Origin: Azolla caroliniana | Taxonomy: Eukaryota > Plantae > Polypodiophyta | Direction of reading: 5' to 3' | Assembly: GCA_043228905.1 (NCBI GenBank) | Contig: JBHGNT010000001.1 | Coordinates: forward strand, 16,926,001-16,990,000 | Length of the DNA stretch: 64,000 bases | Shown here: positions 1 to 13,767 of the stretch, one piece after another | Position numbering within the stretch: the stretch's first letter is position 1 | How the letters are laid out: each line of letters opens with the position of its first letter | Notes under the pieces: model-generated | Databases searched by the model: none | What the model saw: the letters and a program-made list of their open reading frames with translations, nothing else | Told to the model about the DNA's origin: nothing | Made by a program: the position numbers and the translations under genes

Positions 1-2
1 TG

Positions 3-3000
3 GTGGACACCAACAGTCCGGCAATTACTGCCATTGTGAAAGGGAAAGAACTCCCCGGCACGATAATAGACGGAGGCTCTGGCGTTAATTTAATAAGCCT
101 CTGGACGTGCGATGCTCTTGGAATCCAAGAGTGGGAGCCATGTCCATTCTGGCTCCGAATGGCGGACACAAGCTCGGTGCGACCGACAGGATTAATACGA
201 GACTTAGAAGTAACCATCGGGGGCCATACATTCCGAATCTCAGCCGTAGTTCTCTAGTTGCAGGCTCAAGGAGCGTACCCATTATTATTGGGACGCCCTT
301 GGTTAAAGACAACACACATCAAGCAGAACTTAAGGAGGAATATGATTACGTTCCGGCGGGGAAAAGCGAAGGTACGGGTACCAACACAACCAAGGAAGGG
401 CACCGGCAAGGATCTGACACCGTTATATGCGGAGTGTGTCAATATGCTGGAAGGTTAGCACACGAAGAAGAAGATCAGTACTTGCAGGAGAACCCGAAGA
501 TTGTACCTCTATTCGAAATTGACGTCGCCGAAGCGGTATCACCCTACTTACTGCAACCGGACGGAACCGAAGTAGGACCGGATAGAGAAGCAATCCGGGA
601 GTTACGGCAAGCGCAGGAGGCGTTGGAAAGAGAAATGGCCGTATCACAACGCGTAAAAGCGTCTCAATTAGAAGAGGTAAATCTAGGAATGGTGGAGGAG
701 GCAAAACCGGTGCACATTGCCAAAGAAATGAATGCAGAGAACAAAACGGTGATAATTACACTCCTCAACGAGTTTCGCGACGTATTTGCCTGGTCTTATA
801 AGGATATGAGAGGGTTGGATCCTCAGTTGTATCAGCACCAGATACATTTGAGCAAAGACGCCAAGCCGGTAGCACAACGTCGGTACCGGATGAACCCAAA
901 GTACGCCGCCAAAGTCAAGGAGGAAATCGACAAATTGCTGAGGGTTGGCTTCATCCATCCCGTAAAGAAATCTACATGGCTGAGCCCGATCGTAGTCGTA
1001 CCGAAGAAGAACGGCAAAATTAGAGTCTGTGTCGACTACCGGAAGCTCAATGCGGCAACGGTAACGGATGTATTTCCACTTCCGTTTACGGATGGAGTTT
1101 TGGATGCCGTCGCCGGCCATGAAGTCTACAGTTTCTTAGACGGATTCAGCGGGTATAATCAGATCCGGATGCACCCTGATGATCAAGAGAAAACGACTTT
1201 CGTCACCGAATGGGGAGTGTTTGTTGCCGTGGTGATGATGTTCGGACTGAAAACGGCACCGGCAACATTCCAACGAATCATCATGGAGATCTTTGGCGAA
1301 TACATACCAGCTACACCGAAAACGGCAAAGGCATTGAGTCATTTCTTAGGACAAATCCGTTGGCATAGCCGAATGCTCCGGTATTTGGCGGACCTAGCTA
1401 CACCACTGCATGTTGTGGTACACCGAACATCGTTCCAGTGGACCGACACCAAACATAAGGCGTACCAGGCACTCAAAGTTCTATTGTCGCAAGCGCCGGT
1501 AGTGCAACCCCCGGATTGGGCGAAGGAATTTCATGTGTTCGTGGATGCGTCCGACATTGCAATCGGGAGTGCGCTGATGCAACTTACGGAGCCAAGATGG
1601 TACCGGCCTGTATATTACGCAAGCCGGAAGTTATCCCAAGCCGAACGAAATTACTCCACCACGGAAAGGGAATCTTTAGGCATGATCTACAACTTAACAA
1701 AATTCAGGCATTATTTGTTGGGAAGAAAGTTTTGCTTCCATGTAGATCACTCGGCACTTCTCTACCTAGTGTCCAAAGCGTCACTTACCGGTAAGTTGGC
1801 TTGGCGGACATTGCTGTTGCAGGAGTTCGAATTCGAGATATTCCACCGACCCGGCATACAGCATGTGGTAGCAGATTATTTAAGCTGGTTAGATTCCGGC
1901 GAAACCAGCGACGGAGTACCGGACGAGTTTCCGGATGTTGAGTTATTTCGAGTCACTACGGAAACGGCAACAGATGAAACGGTGGCACTAGAATATAAGT
2001 GGCTAACGAATATGCACCAATTTCTGAGCACCAGATTACCTCCGGAGGAGATGAACCGGGACGAGAGGAAGCGCCTGGCGGTACAAAGCCAACACTTCTG
2101 TTTACTCCAGGACACGCTATACCACAAAGGTGCGGACGGTATATGGTGACGAGCGGTGCGTAGCGACGAGAAAGAGGTAATACTACGGGAAGCACACTAC
2201 GGAGTCGCCGGAGGCCATTATGCCGGGGATGCTACGGCAAGGAAGATATGGCAAAGTGGGCTATGGTGGCCGACTACATTGAAAGACGCAGTCCGGTACG
2301 CGAAAGAGTGTGATCTATGCCAGCGAATGGGCCAGCCAACGGAGCAAGCTAGGATGCTGCACCAGCCAGTACTACCGCTAGAACCATTTCAGAAATGGGG
2401 TCTGGATTTTGTCGGACAGTTTAAACCACAGGCAATGAGAACTGGCAACTAGTATGTTATCGTCATGACGGACTACTGCAGTAAATGGGTGGAAGCCAAA
2501 GCCTTACGAGATAACACCGCAGCGTTGACGACAAAATTCTTATATGAATGCATTTGGTGCTGGTACAGATGCCCAATAGAGCTGATAAGAGACCAAGGAG
2601 GGCACTTTCTAGGACAGGTAGTGGAGAGCTTGACGTCATTCTATGCGGTATTACATAAACGGAGCACCCCGTACTACCTACAAGCCAACGGATTAGCGGA
2701 GTCAACAAACAAAACGCTATAGAATATCCTGCGCAAGATCATCAATGAAAATCGGACAGATTGGGACACGAAGCTGCACAGTGCGCTCTGGGCTTACCGG
2801 ACAGCGTACAAAACAAGTATCCGAACAACGTCGTTCCGGTTAGCATTCGGACTAGAGGCAGTCATGTTAGTCGGATTCCAGGTACCGAGCTTACGGATTC
2901 AAATTCGGGAACGACTCAATGAAAAGGAATTAGAGGCAATTCAGTTAAAGGCTCTGTGTGAACTAGAGGAACACCGACTGGCGAGCATCATGCACCTGGA

Positions 3001-3250
3001 ATTGGAACAACGGTGACGGAAAGCGTTTGTAGATCGGCACCGGAAGGGAAACGAGAAAATGTTCGAAATCGGCAAGCCGGTACTAGTATTCCAGACCCAG
3101 ATGGGTAAAATGCCAGGCAAACTACGGTTTAGATGGACCGGACCATACTGGATCACACGCGAGTTCAATGGATCCTGCCAGTTAGGGACACTTGCTGGCG
3201 AAGTGTAGGGTAAATGCGTCAACAGATTTAGACTAAAGCCATACAAAGGA
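3..3250 (+). pseudogene. Degenerate pol (protease-RT-RNase H-integrase) of element A
   Basis: ORFs 3..257, 107..2149, 2156..2452 and 2465..2722 are broken by stops and frameshifts. An in-frame deletion removes the RT catalytic DD motif (EYIPA|TPKTAK). Confidence 0.9.
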
Positions 3251-3597
3251 CCTATGCCCAAGAACCCATTTGAACGAAGGACCGCCACCGAATCAGACGC
3301 CAGCAGGCCAACCACGACGGCAACCCGTGAGGAAAAAGGCTACCACCAAGCTGGTAAGGGGGAGCACGAGCCGACAACCGGGGAAAGCATAACGACGGCA
3401 AACCATCAAGAGGCTGGCAAGGTGCGCGTTTCGGGTAAGGGTCCAATAGGACCGAAGAAAAATTAGCCACACAATTAATCAAAAAAAAAGAAGAAGAAGT
3501 AAAAATCGAATGGAATCAAATAAATCATGAAAAGGAGTGGTGGAAACGGCCATGCAAACGAGGAGTAAAGAGGCACGTCGAAAAGGTACGAGGGGCT

Positions 3598-6132
3598 ATG
3601 AATAGGACATTAAAACACCGCCACATGGCACACAATGCTATTATAGTACACGACCTGCAGATGCGGAGGCTCGAAAAAGGCGCCAAGATGCAGAGAGAAA
3701 AACCCCCATGCATCGAGACCTTCTCCTATCGCGAACCAAGGAGAACAGACATAGACAGACGCGTGAAGATCAATCGCAGAGAGCTCGCACACAGAGAACC
3801 CCCTCACGCAAAACTTTCTCTCTCACACTCTCCTCACCACCAAACCTCGCCAACACTCTCCGACCTCGACGCAGAGAAGGCGGCAAAGGAGCGCGCCAGC
3901 CGAAAGCGATCGACGGATGCAAGCGAGGAGACACCACCACAGCCCCTGAAGAGCCCACTCCACCGACCGGTGCAACAAGAAACAGACACCCTAGCGGCAA
4001 GAATGAATGCCGAGACTCAGGCAGAGGAAATGGAGGAAGAATCCACGGAGCACCTCCAGCGGCGGCCAGTGAAGAGCACCGCTGAATCAACCGGGAAGCG
4101 TTCGGACTTACAGAAGGAGGGAATGCCCGCAACTCACACTGAGCATCCCATGCCAAGGGAGGCACCGGAACCGGTTCGGATGGAACCGGTCACAGAAGTC
4201 CCTGCGCAAGAGGTAGCACCGGCAAGCCCCGTAACTCAAGAGCCAAATATACAAAGGCCAACCTTCCCAACCGGCCAAGAACAAGCAGACAAGGGGCGGC
4301 TAGCCGAAACACACTCAGAGCCGGAACGACAAAGTGGTCAGCTGGCAGAACCAGAAGTGCAGCTCCACGCAGTAAGGCGGAACTAGCCACCGGCGAGTGA
4401 ACCCATCAGCCAACCCTCCGTGCAAGCACAACAACAGTGCATCGGCAGCCAATGGATCCGGTGGATAGGAGAATAAATTGCCGGAGTAGTCGGATGCATA
4501 GAGGTAGAGGAAAGAGTGCAAACGGAACGGTTGCTCGTCACAACCGATGAACTGGAGACGGCACGGTCAAGGATCCGGTGCCTCGAACAAGACTTGCATC
4601 GGATCACAGGAGACATGGCCAAAATGGCCTTAACCGCAACGCAGATCCAAGCACTGGTGACTTCGGTTGATGTACAGGGGAATAAGACCCCAGAGACACA
4701 AACTGTCCCGGAGAAAGATGTGGCGCAAGCTCAAGAGCTTGCGGAATGACGAGATGAACTTGCCGTACAAGAAGCATTATGGAGCCGCGAATGGGACTTG
4801 AAGAAGGCGGCCGAAGAAGAATTAAAGAAGACTGCTGAGAACCTCTGTTGGGTAGAGGAAAACTTGCATAAAGGACATCATGCTTACGACCGGCTGAAGG
4901 AGGAAAAAGAGAAATTGCTGCAGGAAAAAGACAAGCTGCGACAGATGGCGGAGACGGAAATCGAGAGGTTGAAGGAAGAGCTCCGTCAACAGAAGGACCG
5001 GGAGGACCGTGCGTGCCGACAGATCAACCAGAGGCTGAAGCAGAAGACCGATGATTTTGATCATCTGCACTAGGACTACAAGCAGCTGGAGACAAAGTTT
5101 AAGCAGCAACAGGAATGGATGGCCGAGCTCCGGCAAGAAGTTGATAGGGCCACAACGGCACTCGCCGAAGAACGAGCTGAGAGTTCCAAGCTATTGGAGG
5201 AAGCGGCGAATGACCGGATGAAGCTCCACAAACAGAACCATGAAGACAAGGAAAGAGCAACAATGGTATTACAGAGGTTGCAAACAACCTATCAAAATCA
5301 ATTGTCGCATTATAGGGAGTAGGAGGCGGACACGGTCCGAATCATCAAGCAATTGAAAGAGGAGCGACAAGCCGCAGAATATAAATCATGGATGGGAGCT
5401 GAACGGATCTAGTGCATCCTCCGGTCATGGCTCACTAAGACCAAAAGCTTGATTGACGACAACTCTGTGCGTTGGTGGACGAAATGGGCGCAGAATACGG
5501 CGGAACTTCAATTGCTCAGGGTGGACGTGGAAAACCGGCAGAAGGAGGGTGACGACTGTTATACGCTGACATCAGAGGACTTCACCGCCATAAGGGATGA
5601 GCTGGCTGAAGATTTCACAGCCCTGCCGGATGAACAATTGCTGCAGGTCCGGCAGCTCGTAGCTCAACTGGACGACGATCGGCTGGAGGCTCAAATCCAG
5701 TTTGAGAGCTATGAGCGGTCCCGGCTTCGGGAAGAAAAAACGTGGAAGGCGGCAACAGTCAACCTTAGTGATGAGGAACCGTCGCCGGTACTAGGACAAG
5801 ACGGGGACCAGGCCGGGGTCAGTCAACCGGAAACAACTCCGACGGAGGAACCAACAAAGGAAACGTCGGTGCCAGAACGACAAACGGAGCCGCAGCCCCA
5901 AACGGAGAAGGCACAAACGCAACAGCCACAACCACAAACGCAACAGCAGCCACAAAAGCAACAACTGATTCCCGACGAGCCATTGGAAATTTTGGAGCAA
6001 AGCATTCTGGACATTTTGGACGAAGCCTAAAAGGGCCAGATAATGGGTTCGACGTACAAGGTATTGTCCCATGGGCATGCCATGTGTTACCGGCTGGCAA
6101 GAAGGCTTAAGGAGGTCCAAACCAGAGTGTGA
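3598..6132 (+). pseudogene. Additional ORF of element A (~810-840 codons; disordered N-terminus, coiled coil, AELQLLRxDxENR motif), broken by point stops
   Basis: ORFs starting at 3598, 4516, 4798, 5119, 5449 and 6043 are all in one frame and separated only by in-frame stops. It is homologous to the minus-strand ORF 59462..60019. Confidence 0.75.
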
Positions 6133-6546
6133 AAAGGAATAGTTTATTCGGGAACTGTTGTAATTAGTAGTCTTAAAATATATAGTAATATATGAGTAGA
6201 TGTGGACGAACGGACTAGAATCGGTATGCCGATCCGGATCCGGACCGATTCCGAAAAGGTGCCCGTTGGCACCGTTTTTTATTTCGCACTGGAGACCTAT
6301 ATAAAGGCCTAGTTACAATGTAATCGAGAGCGGATAATTAATAGAACTTATTGCTTTAATCTTTTAGTGTTGATTACCGTCCTGTGCTTATTGTTGTATC
6401 TTGCGTGTGTTAATGATGTGTTGCTAAGTAATCGATTAAGGTCTAATTAAGCGTTGTGTCGTAAGTCATTTTGCCGTACCACCCTTTGGTGAAGTGTCTT
6501 AAGTGGACACCCTGTGTTAGGCTATTGTCTGGCCCTAGGAGTAACA
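6085..6546 (+). repeat. 3' LTR of element A (462 bp)
   Basis: Inverted termini TGTTAC/GTAACA and a TATATAAA box near 6298. LTR B sequence resumes at 6547. Confidence 0.85.
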
Positions 6547-7260
6547 CCTACCATTTAGCCAATACCCATTATATGTGTAAAATAAAATGTGTTGTTTCAT
6601 TTGAAGTATCATTGTATAGTCTAAACCATGTAATGTACTACATGTGCAGCATATAGCACACATGCAAGAGCCCTCTTTGCATGTGTGACATATGGCCCAC
6701 GTGCAAAACCATCCCCTTCCTATAAAAGGAGAAGGGAGTGTAATCACAAGGATATCAAGGAATCAATCAATCATATTGAATAAAATTATTGTATGGAATC
6801 GAGCAAAATTATATTGTAAGAGATATCATAATAGAGAAAGAGGGAGAGAAGGTAAAAGCTATATAAAATCTTAAAAAGACAATAGAAGAACTAGCTTGGC
6901 GGTGGCGGTGCTCAGGTTGTAACGGAAAGGCAGAGGTTCGAGTCTTATCCTCGTCGAAAGATAGAAGGGAAGATTGTGGTCTCCTATCAAGAAAGAGAAG
7001 AGCGACTACCTTGTGAGACAAAGTTCGATGGTTCAACGACACTCACAACCATTTTGTAACTCTTTCATGAAATAATTATAAATTTCTTACATTCCCTCAA
7101 TTATTATTTTTCATCCTATCTTGTCATATCTTGTTGATCACTATTTATCTATTTCCACTCTTTTGTCTCTTCCATCCAAAATCCCAACGATTCCTTCCTC
7201 ACTTTCACGTTGTCTTCTGTCTAGGCAACGCTACGCTTCTAGGCGAGCCACACCACGACA
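6547..7260 (+). repeat. Distal part of 5' LTR of element B
   Basis: Close direct repeat of the 3' LTR; ends CACGACA. Confidence 0.9.
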
Positions 7261-7265
7261 CAATT

Positions 7266-7282
7266 TGGTGAACCTGATGTGA
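7266..7282 (+). promoter_or_regulatory. Primer-binding site of element B, tRNA-Trp type
   Basis: TGGTGAACCTGATGTGA, 5 nt after the LTR, matches the complement of the plant tRNA-Trp 3' end (TGGTGAACCCGACGTGA) with two C>T changes. Confidence 0.7.
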
Positions 7283-7321
7283 AATGGGGAAGTAGAAGAG
7301 ACATCTAAAGTAAAGATCAAC

Positions 7322-10300
7322 ATGAACATCGCAAGTATGAGTACAATGGATCTGGTAATGTTGTTTACTGAAAGGTTGAATCAAGATCGATTATTTCATG
7401 CCTTATGAGAAGTCTGAGAGAAGATTGGTATGCTTGATGGCACAATATTTCGAAGTATGTGAATATATATCATGATGAAATGGAAATGTCTGGTATAAAT
7501 GATGTCAATATGATAGAAAACTTTTATAAATTAGTGGATATGGAATTAAGTGATAGAATTCATGAGATACAAACATTGCATAGTTTGGATTGGAATGCAT
7601 TCAAAGAAGCACTTGTGTTTGAATATGCTCGTGAGGATTTCTCTCGCGTTACTATGCTTTCATTCCATGAATGGGTTCTAAAAGAAAATAAAGGATTATC
7701 TGTGGTTGCCACGAAAAAAGAGTTTGATAGATTGTATGGACACTTAAAGCCAGAAGAAAGAAATTCTTTGTCTTGGAAAAAGGTTGCTTTATTTTTGCAG
7801 GCAATTGACAAGAGATATAGAAAAGAATTGGAATTTATGCTTGAAGTACCAAATATCGAGGATGGTATAACTGCAAATTGGAATGAGGTAACAAATGCTT
7901 GTAATAAATTTAGGAAAAGAATGCAAAGGAATGGTGCAATGCTACAAATACCACATGTGGGAATCACAAATCGGCTTGAGCAAAACATCGAAGTTCAAAG
8001 ACTTGGTCTAGAACCATCACACGAAATGGTCCATCAACCACAAGAAATGATCGAAAGTAAGAGTGAGTCTTTGCTTGATGATTTAGTTCAAAGTATGAAA
8101 GATCTAACAATTAAAGTGGCAAAGCTTGAGAATGGTCAGACTTCAAGGTCAAGGGAACCATTTCGACCTCGATGCATGTGGTGTGATAGTCTCGAACATC
8201 GATTACGTGATTGTGCGGAATATAAAGACATGGAAAATCGAGACTTGGTCTATTGGAAAAATGGTAGCATTTACTTAACTGAAACTAGAAGTCCACTTAC
8301 AAAGAACTTTGGTGATGGTGGTGTTAAGGTTAAGTTTGAAGAAGCTGAAGCAAAGAAGGCTTCTGCAATGTACTACTCGGCAACGACATGAATGCATCTT
8401 GATGACATGGCATACCGATCATCATTCTGGGAGAAGGTTGCCGGAGATTCTGTAAGGAAAAACACTGGATGGGATGTTCCAGTAGATGTTATCACAATCT
8501 ATGCTTAGATGGCAGAACACCAAGAGCATGAGGTGATAGTGGAAGAAAAAAGGAAAAGGTCGGATGATGAGATTGGCTCAACAAAAAAGCATGAAACAAG
8601 AGAAAGCAAAAGAAAAGAGATGGACACAAAAGTTGAAAAAAGTAAATCTGGTCCTTCATTCAAATTAATGTCTGATATTGAAAAGGATACAGATTTAAAG
8701 AAAATTTTAGAAACAAGAATACTAGACAGTCGAGTAGAATTTACACTAAGAGAAGTGTTACATATTGCAGAAAAGGAATTTCATGATGAAATAATTGATA
8801 TTGTGCAAAGAAAGAAGCAAGTAAATGAGCAGGTTAAAGAAACAAATCCGAAGGTGGCATATGAAGTGGTAAGCAACGAGTCGAACAATATCATTGTTGA
8901 CTCTCAACATGCATCAACCTCAATGATAAGTTCAACAGAGACAAGAAGCCACTACTCTCGCAAATGTTGGGCAAAAGCCACTACTGAGCATCATGTGAAG
9001 ATTGGAAATGTTGCAGACCCGGTGATGGCACCTATGGATCATGGTTCTGAAATAAATATAATGAGTGCTGATTTTTATAGGAAAGCTAGATGGCCAATTG
9101 ATACTCAACATGGTTGGCGCATAAAAGTAGCCACATTAGTCACCGAAGATTTATTTGGTGCATGCCCAAATGTAAAGGTTACTATTGGTGATATAGAGGT
9201 AGATCAACATTTCTTTGTGCAAGAAGGATCTACCTATCCGATAATCTTGGGGCAACTATACATCACAACGGTACGGATGGAGACCAAAGTCCTTGACAAT
9301 GGTTCTACCTATGCGAAGATTCGAAGCCAAGATGGACGAAGAACTGCACAATTTATGACAATTCGCCCAAATCATGAGAGGAACAAGCAAGAGCTTCGTG
9401 AGCATTCGATACCAAAAGAATGTGATGATTTTGATAATCAGGTTTTTTACTAGGACTGTTGGAAATGAGGGTTGCAATAGTCCCATTATTAAAAGACCCT
9501 CGCATAGGGCATTACAACATATGAATAAGTTATTTCATGTTTCTAAAAGTGGTGCTATATGTGTGACTAGGATGTATGAATGCAAGAGGAACTTGAAAAA
9601 GAATGCTAATTTGTTTCAATAGGCATTGAAGGATAATGGAGTACTTGAAATGGAAGAGCACATTGAAAGTGTTATGGAAGAAATTTCTTTTGCAAATACT
9701 ATAGAAGAGTTAGAAAATGTATTTGAAAGAAGATGATGAGAGTGTTAGAAAGATACATGTAAACTCAATTGATATGTATTATGAGATTGATAGGTATAAT
9801 TGTAAATATGAAGAAGTAGAAAGTTTATGTAATACAAAATACAAAACATTAGACAAAAAGATCAAACCAACTGCAATACCATTACCCATTGGTGGCGAAG
9901 AGAAGATGTAGGCAACAGCAACCGAGCCTATGCTTTGACCAATAGAGAAGATTGGATATCACTTCACTTCGGAGACAATAGATAACTTGAGAATTAGAGG
10001 GGGTGAATTTCTTCTGCAATAAGAGATCACGACTTTGAAAGAAATTATCTTTAGGCATGGGAAAGCGTTCGCATTCAAAGCTGAGGAGATTGGTTGTGTA
10101 GATCCAAAGGTGGTGACACCAATGGCAATATTTACTATCCCTCATATTCCTTGGAATTTTAAACCTATTGCAGTACCAAGGGCTCGATTGCCTCAGTTGT
10201 TGGAGCTACTAAAGGATAAAGTCAAGATGAAGATTTTAGAGCCTTCCAACGCACCATATTCCAATCGATGGTTCACCATTCCAAAGAAAGATGGTTCTCT

Positions 10301-12872
10301 AAGATTCATTCAAGATCTACAACTAGTAAACAAAGTCACAATCCGAAATGCAAGAATCGGACCTATCGTTGATGAATTTGCAGAAGCTTTTGATGGGAGA
10401 GCAATTTATTCTATAGGAGACCTATATTCGGGATACGACCAATTTCAGCTAGCAATTGATAGTCGCAATATCCCAACAATGAAAACACCAATTGGATTAG
10501 TTCAGATGTGCACTCTACCTCAAGGTGCGACACATTCAGTTCTACATGAGTACATCCCAAAGGTAACTATGCCATTTTTAGATGATATTCCTATTAAGGG
10601 ATGCTTAGAAAGAGAGAAAGATGAGACTATGGTTGGAAATGGTTGCAGAAAGTTTGTGATGGATCACATTAATGATTGTGAAAGTATTTTAAATAAGCTT
10701 GAGCAGGTACATTTGACACTATCAGGAACAAAGTCAAGCTTTGGGTAGAACGAAGTTCTGATAGTTGGTCATATGTGTGCCTAGTATGGGAGGAAGCCGT
10801 CACCGATCCAAATTAACGCAATACAAAATATGAAGGAGGTTTGCGAATCGGTAACGGAGGTGAGAAGATTTTTAGGTGCATGTGTGTTTTATCATATTTG
10901 GTTACCACACTTTGCACATGTATCATATCCTCTCTACCAACTTTTAAGAAAAGGGAGGAAGTTTATTAGGACTAATGAACATACAGAAGTGGTTCAACAA
11001 TTGAAAGAAGCATTATTGAAAGCTCCAGTTTTTCGTCAACCAGACTACAAAGGTGAAAGCCCAATTATAGTGACAGTTGATACTAGCCCAATTGGGATCG
11101 GTTGGGTTATCAACCAAGAAGATGAAGACCAACATCGATATGCTATCAAATTTGGAGCAATGATATTAAATGAAAGACAAAGAAATTATGCACAAGTTAA
11201 ACGAGAGTTGTGGGGTTTGCTTACTGCATTAAAAACAGATAGAGAGTACTTGTTTGGTGCAGATGTAGTGGTTGAAACAGATTGTCAGCCACTCATCGGA
11301 ATGATAGCAAGTTGCACGGCACCAGATATTGCAATGCTTCGGTGGATTGCATACATCAGAACCATGAACCCAGAATTACGGCATATAAAGGGCAAAGAGA
11401 ACCCAGTCACAGATATGTTGTCAAGAGCAAGGTTCATAAATGAAAGGGTGATGCAAGCTGAAGATAAGAATTGGGCAACTACAAGCCATCAAGTTGCTCA
11501 TCAAGTATCTATTAAGTCTCCTGATGAGTTTAATGTAAGTATAATGCTCAAATATATGGAGTATGAAGGTCAATGGTTAGAAATAGGAAATTCTCTAAAG
11601 ACTCAAGAAGCCAACCCATCATGGTCGAAGAAACAATTAAATGAATTTTGAAGACGAGCATTCAAGTGTTTTTTACATAAAAGGCATTTATGGAGGCGCC
11701 CAAAAAGGCCAACTGAAAATCCTCTTCGAGTCATTTGTAAGGATGACATTAAGAGAAAATTAATTAATGAATTCCATGATAGTTTGTGGGTAGGACATGG
11801 AGGCATATGGGCGAAATTTATGAAGTTGAAAGAAAAGTATTGGTGGCCACATATGTATAAAGATGTAACGAAATTTGTGGAAACCTGTGAGGTCTGCTAG
11901 AGGTATTCAACTATTCGGTATTGAGATGAGTTAAAACCAACATATTCATCATCAATGCATTTTAAATGGATGGTCGATCTAGTGACAATGTCACTTGGGG
12001 AAGTTCAAATGTGATACTTAGTACTAGCAAGAGAAGACCTTACAAACCAAGTAGAAGGTAGACCACTACGACAAAAAACAACTAGAGTTGTATGTAAATT
12101 TTTGTTAGAAGATGTAATATGTCGTTACGGGTGTGTTGGTAAAATAATTGCAAATAGAGGAGAACTTGACTCTGATGAAGCTAGAGAATTCTTCAGCTGG
12201 ATAGGAGTCAAATTATCACTTATAACTACGTATAATCTAGAAGCCAATGGAAAGATTGAAAGAGGAGATAGCCCAATAGTTAAGGCAAGGCGACTGTGAA
12301 AAGTTGTAAAGGTAAAATAAGAGTTTGGTCACGCATGCCACCTTATGCACTATGGGCGGATCAGACAACGCATAGTTCGGTAACAGGATACAGGCCAACT
12401 GAATTGGTACTTGGCCAAAAGGCCATCATGCCGGTAGAAGAATCAATTATGTCATAGATATCTATTCCATTGAGAGAGGAGGTGAGCAAAGAAGAATTGC
12501 TTGCTTTGCGAATTCAACAATTAGAGTGTCGACCTCAAGATATAGAATTGGCAGCCCAACAATTGAAGGAGGCTTGACTAAAGAATAAATTTTGTTTTGA
12601 TAAAACTCACAGAATTCGGTCGAAGAAAATAGAAGAAGGGGATTGGGTACTCATGTATGATAGCAATTTAGATAATCAACGTAGCACCGTCTGCAAGCTT
12701 AACATATAAGCTTACATAGTGAAAAAAGTATATGATAACTTAACATATAAGATTAGTGGATTAGATGGGACACTAATGCTAAACGTGGTAGTTGGAAAGA
12801 GGATAAAAGTATTTAAGAAAAGGTTTGAGCTTGAACCTCCTCCAATAGATCAATATGAAGATGAAAGATAGT
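7322..12872 (+). pseudogene. Degenerate gag-pol of element B
   Basis: ORFs 7459..8391, 8509..9453, 10035..10748, 10830..11651 and 12102..12299, with many stops. Confidence 0.88.
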
Positions 12873-13413
12873 GGCCCATGCCGGAGGATGTGTAGGTCTA
12901 GAGGGGGTGGATGTTGTGAAGTACGAAAGCTTCACATTAAAAGTCTACAAAAAGATAAATACGTAACTAAAATAAAATATATCTTGATATTGTTTTATAA
13001 AGGTAATATTAAAAACGCACTATGATAATATTATACATTATATGTAGAGGCAAATAAAACATATATATTATATTACATGGACAAGAGAAGACTTGAACCA
13101 ATAAACCCCACCTTATTACTGAAACCTTACGGATTACCCTATAATTGTAGTATGTATAAAACCATATGTCTTGTTTACCTAAAGTAACATTGTATGGTTT
13201 AAATCCTAAACCATATATTGTACTACATGTGCACCATATATTGTATTACATGGGCGAGAGAAGACTTGAACCAAAAACCTCCACATTATGAACCTCAAAG
13301 CCTACCATTTAGCCAATACTCATTATATGTATAAAATAAAATGTTTTTTTATTTCATTTGAAGTATCATTGTATAGTCTAAACTATGTAATGTACTACAT
13401 GTGCACCATATAG

Positions 13414-13438
13414 GGGTGAAAGCATGCGAGTGGAAACA
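13414..13438 (+). repeat. Left TIR
   Basis: Reverse complement of 22212-22236 with one mismatch. Confidence 0.95.
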
Positions 13439-13767
13439 ATTAGCTATGTCCTTGACATAGCTAATTAGCTATGCAAAAAGCTACCATTGATAAATAGTCA
13501 TTTTAGTAAAAAGCCATCATTAATAAATTAAGTATGCAAAAAACTACCATTGAAAATACTAGAGTGTTTTAATTACATATGTAAATGAGTGCCATAAATG
13601 TGCAACATAAATTGATGTGTGCACCATAAATGTGTACCATAAATTATATATCGAATTCCTAGGTCCATTATGCATGATCCTTTGCCACATCACGTAGGCC
13701 ATCTCTAGTTGAGTACTATGGGTTAGTTGCTACCACTGTTGCTAAACCCTATCGAGTCCACCTGCCG

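Larger units (their letters stand above)
1..6546 (+). mobile_element. Ty3/gypsy LTR retrotransposon A (5' part outside window), with extra 3' ORF; inserted in the 5' LTR of element B
   Basis: Domain order is PR (IIDGGSGVNLI), RT (RVCVDYRKLN, LDGFSGYNQI), RH (VDASD..NYSTTERE), INT (HYGVAGGH..CDLCQ, WGLDFVG, ANGLAESTNK). The LTR TGTTAC...GTAACA at 6085-6546 abuts sequence matching the interior of LTR B. Confidence 0.93.

Noticed and set aside
3598-6030. env gene
   Set aside because: The position fits, but I see no signal peptide, transmembrane segment or cleavage motif.
6043-6082. tRNA gene
   Set aside because: Only a GGTTCGA and a 3'-end-like match are present, with no cloverleaf. Codon-position conservation favours a coding explanation.
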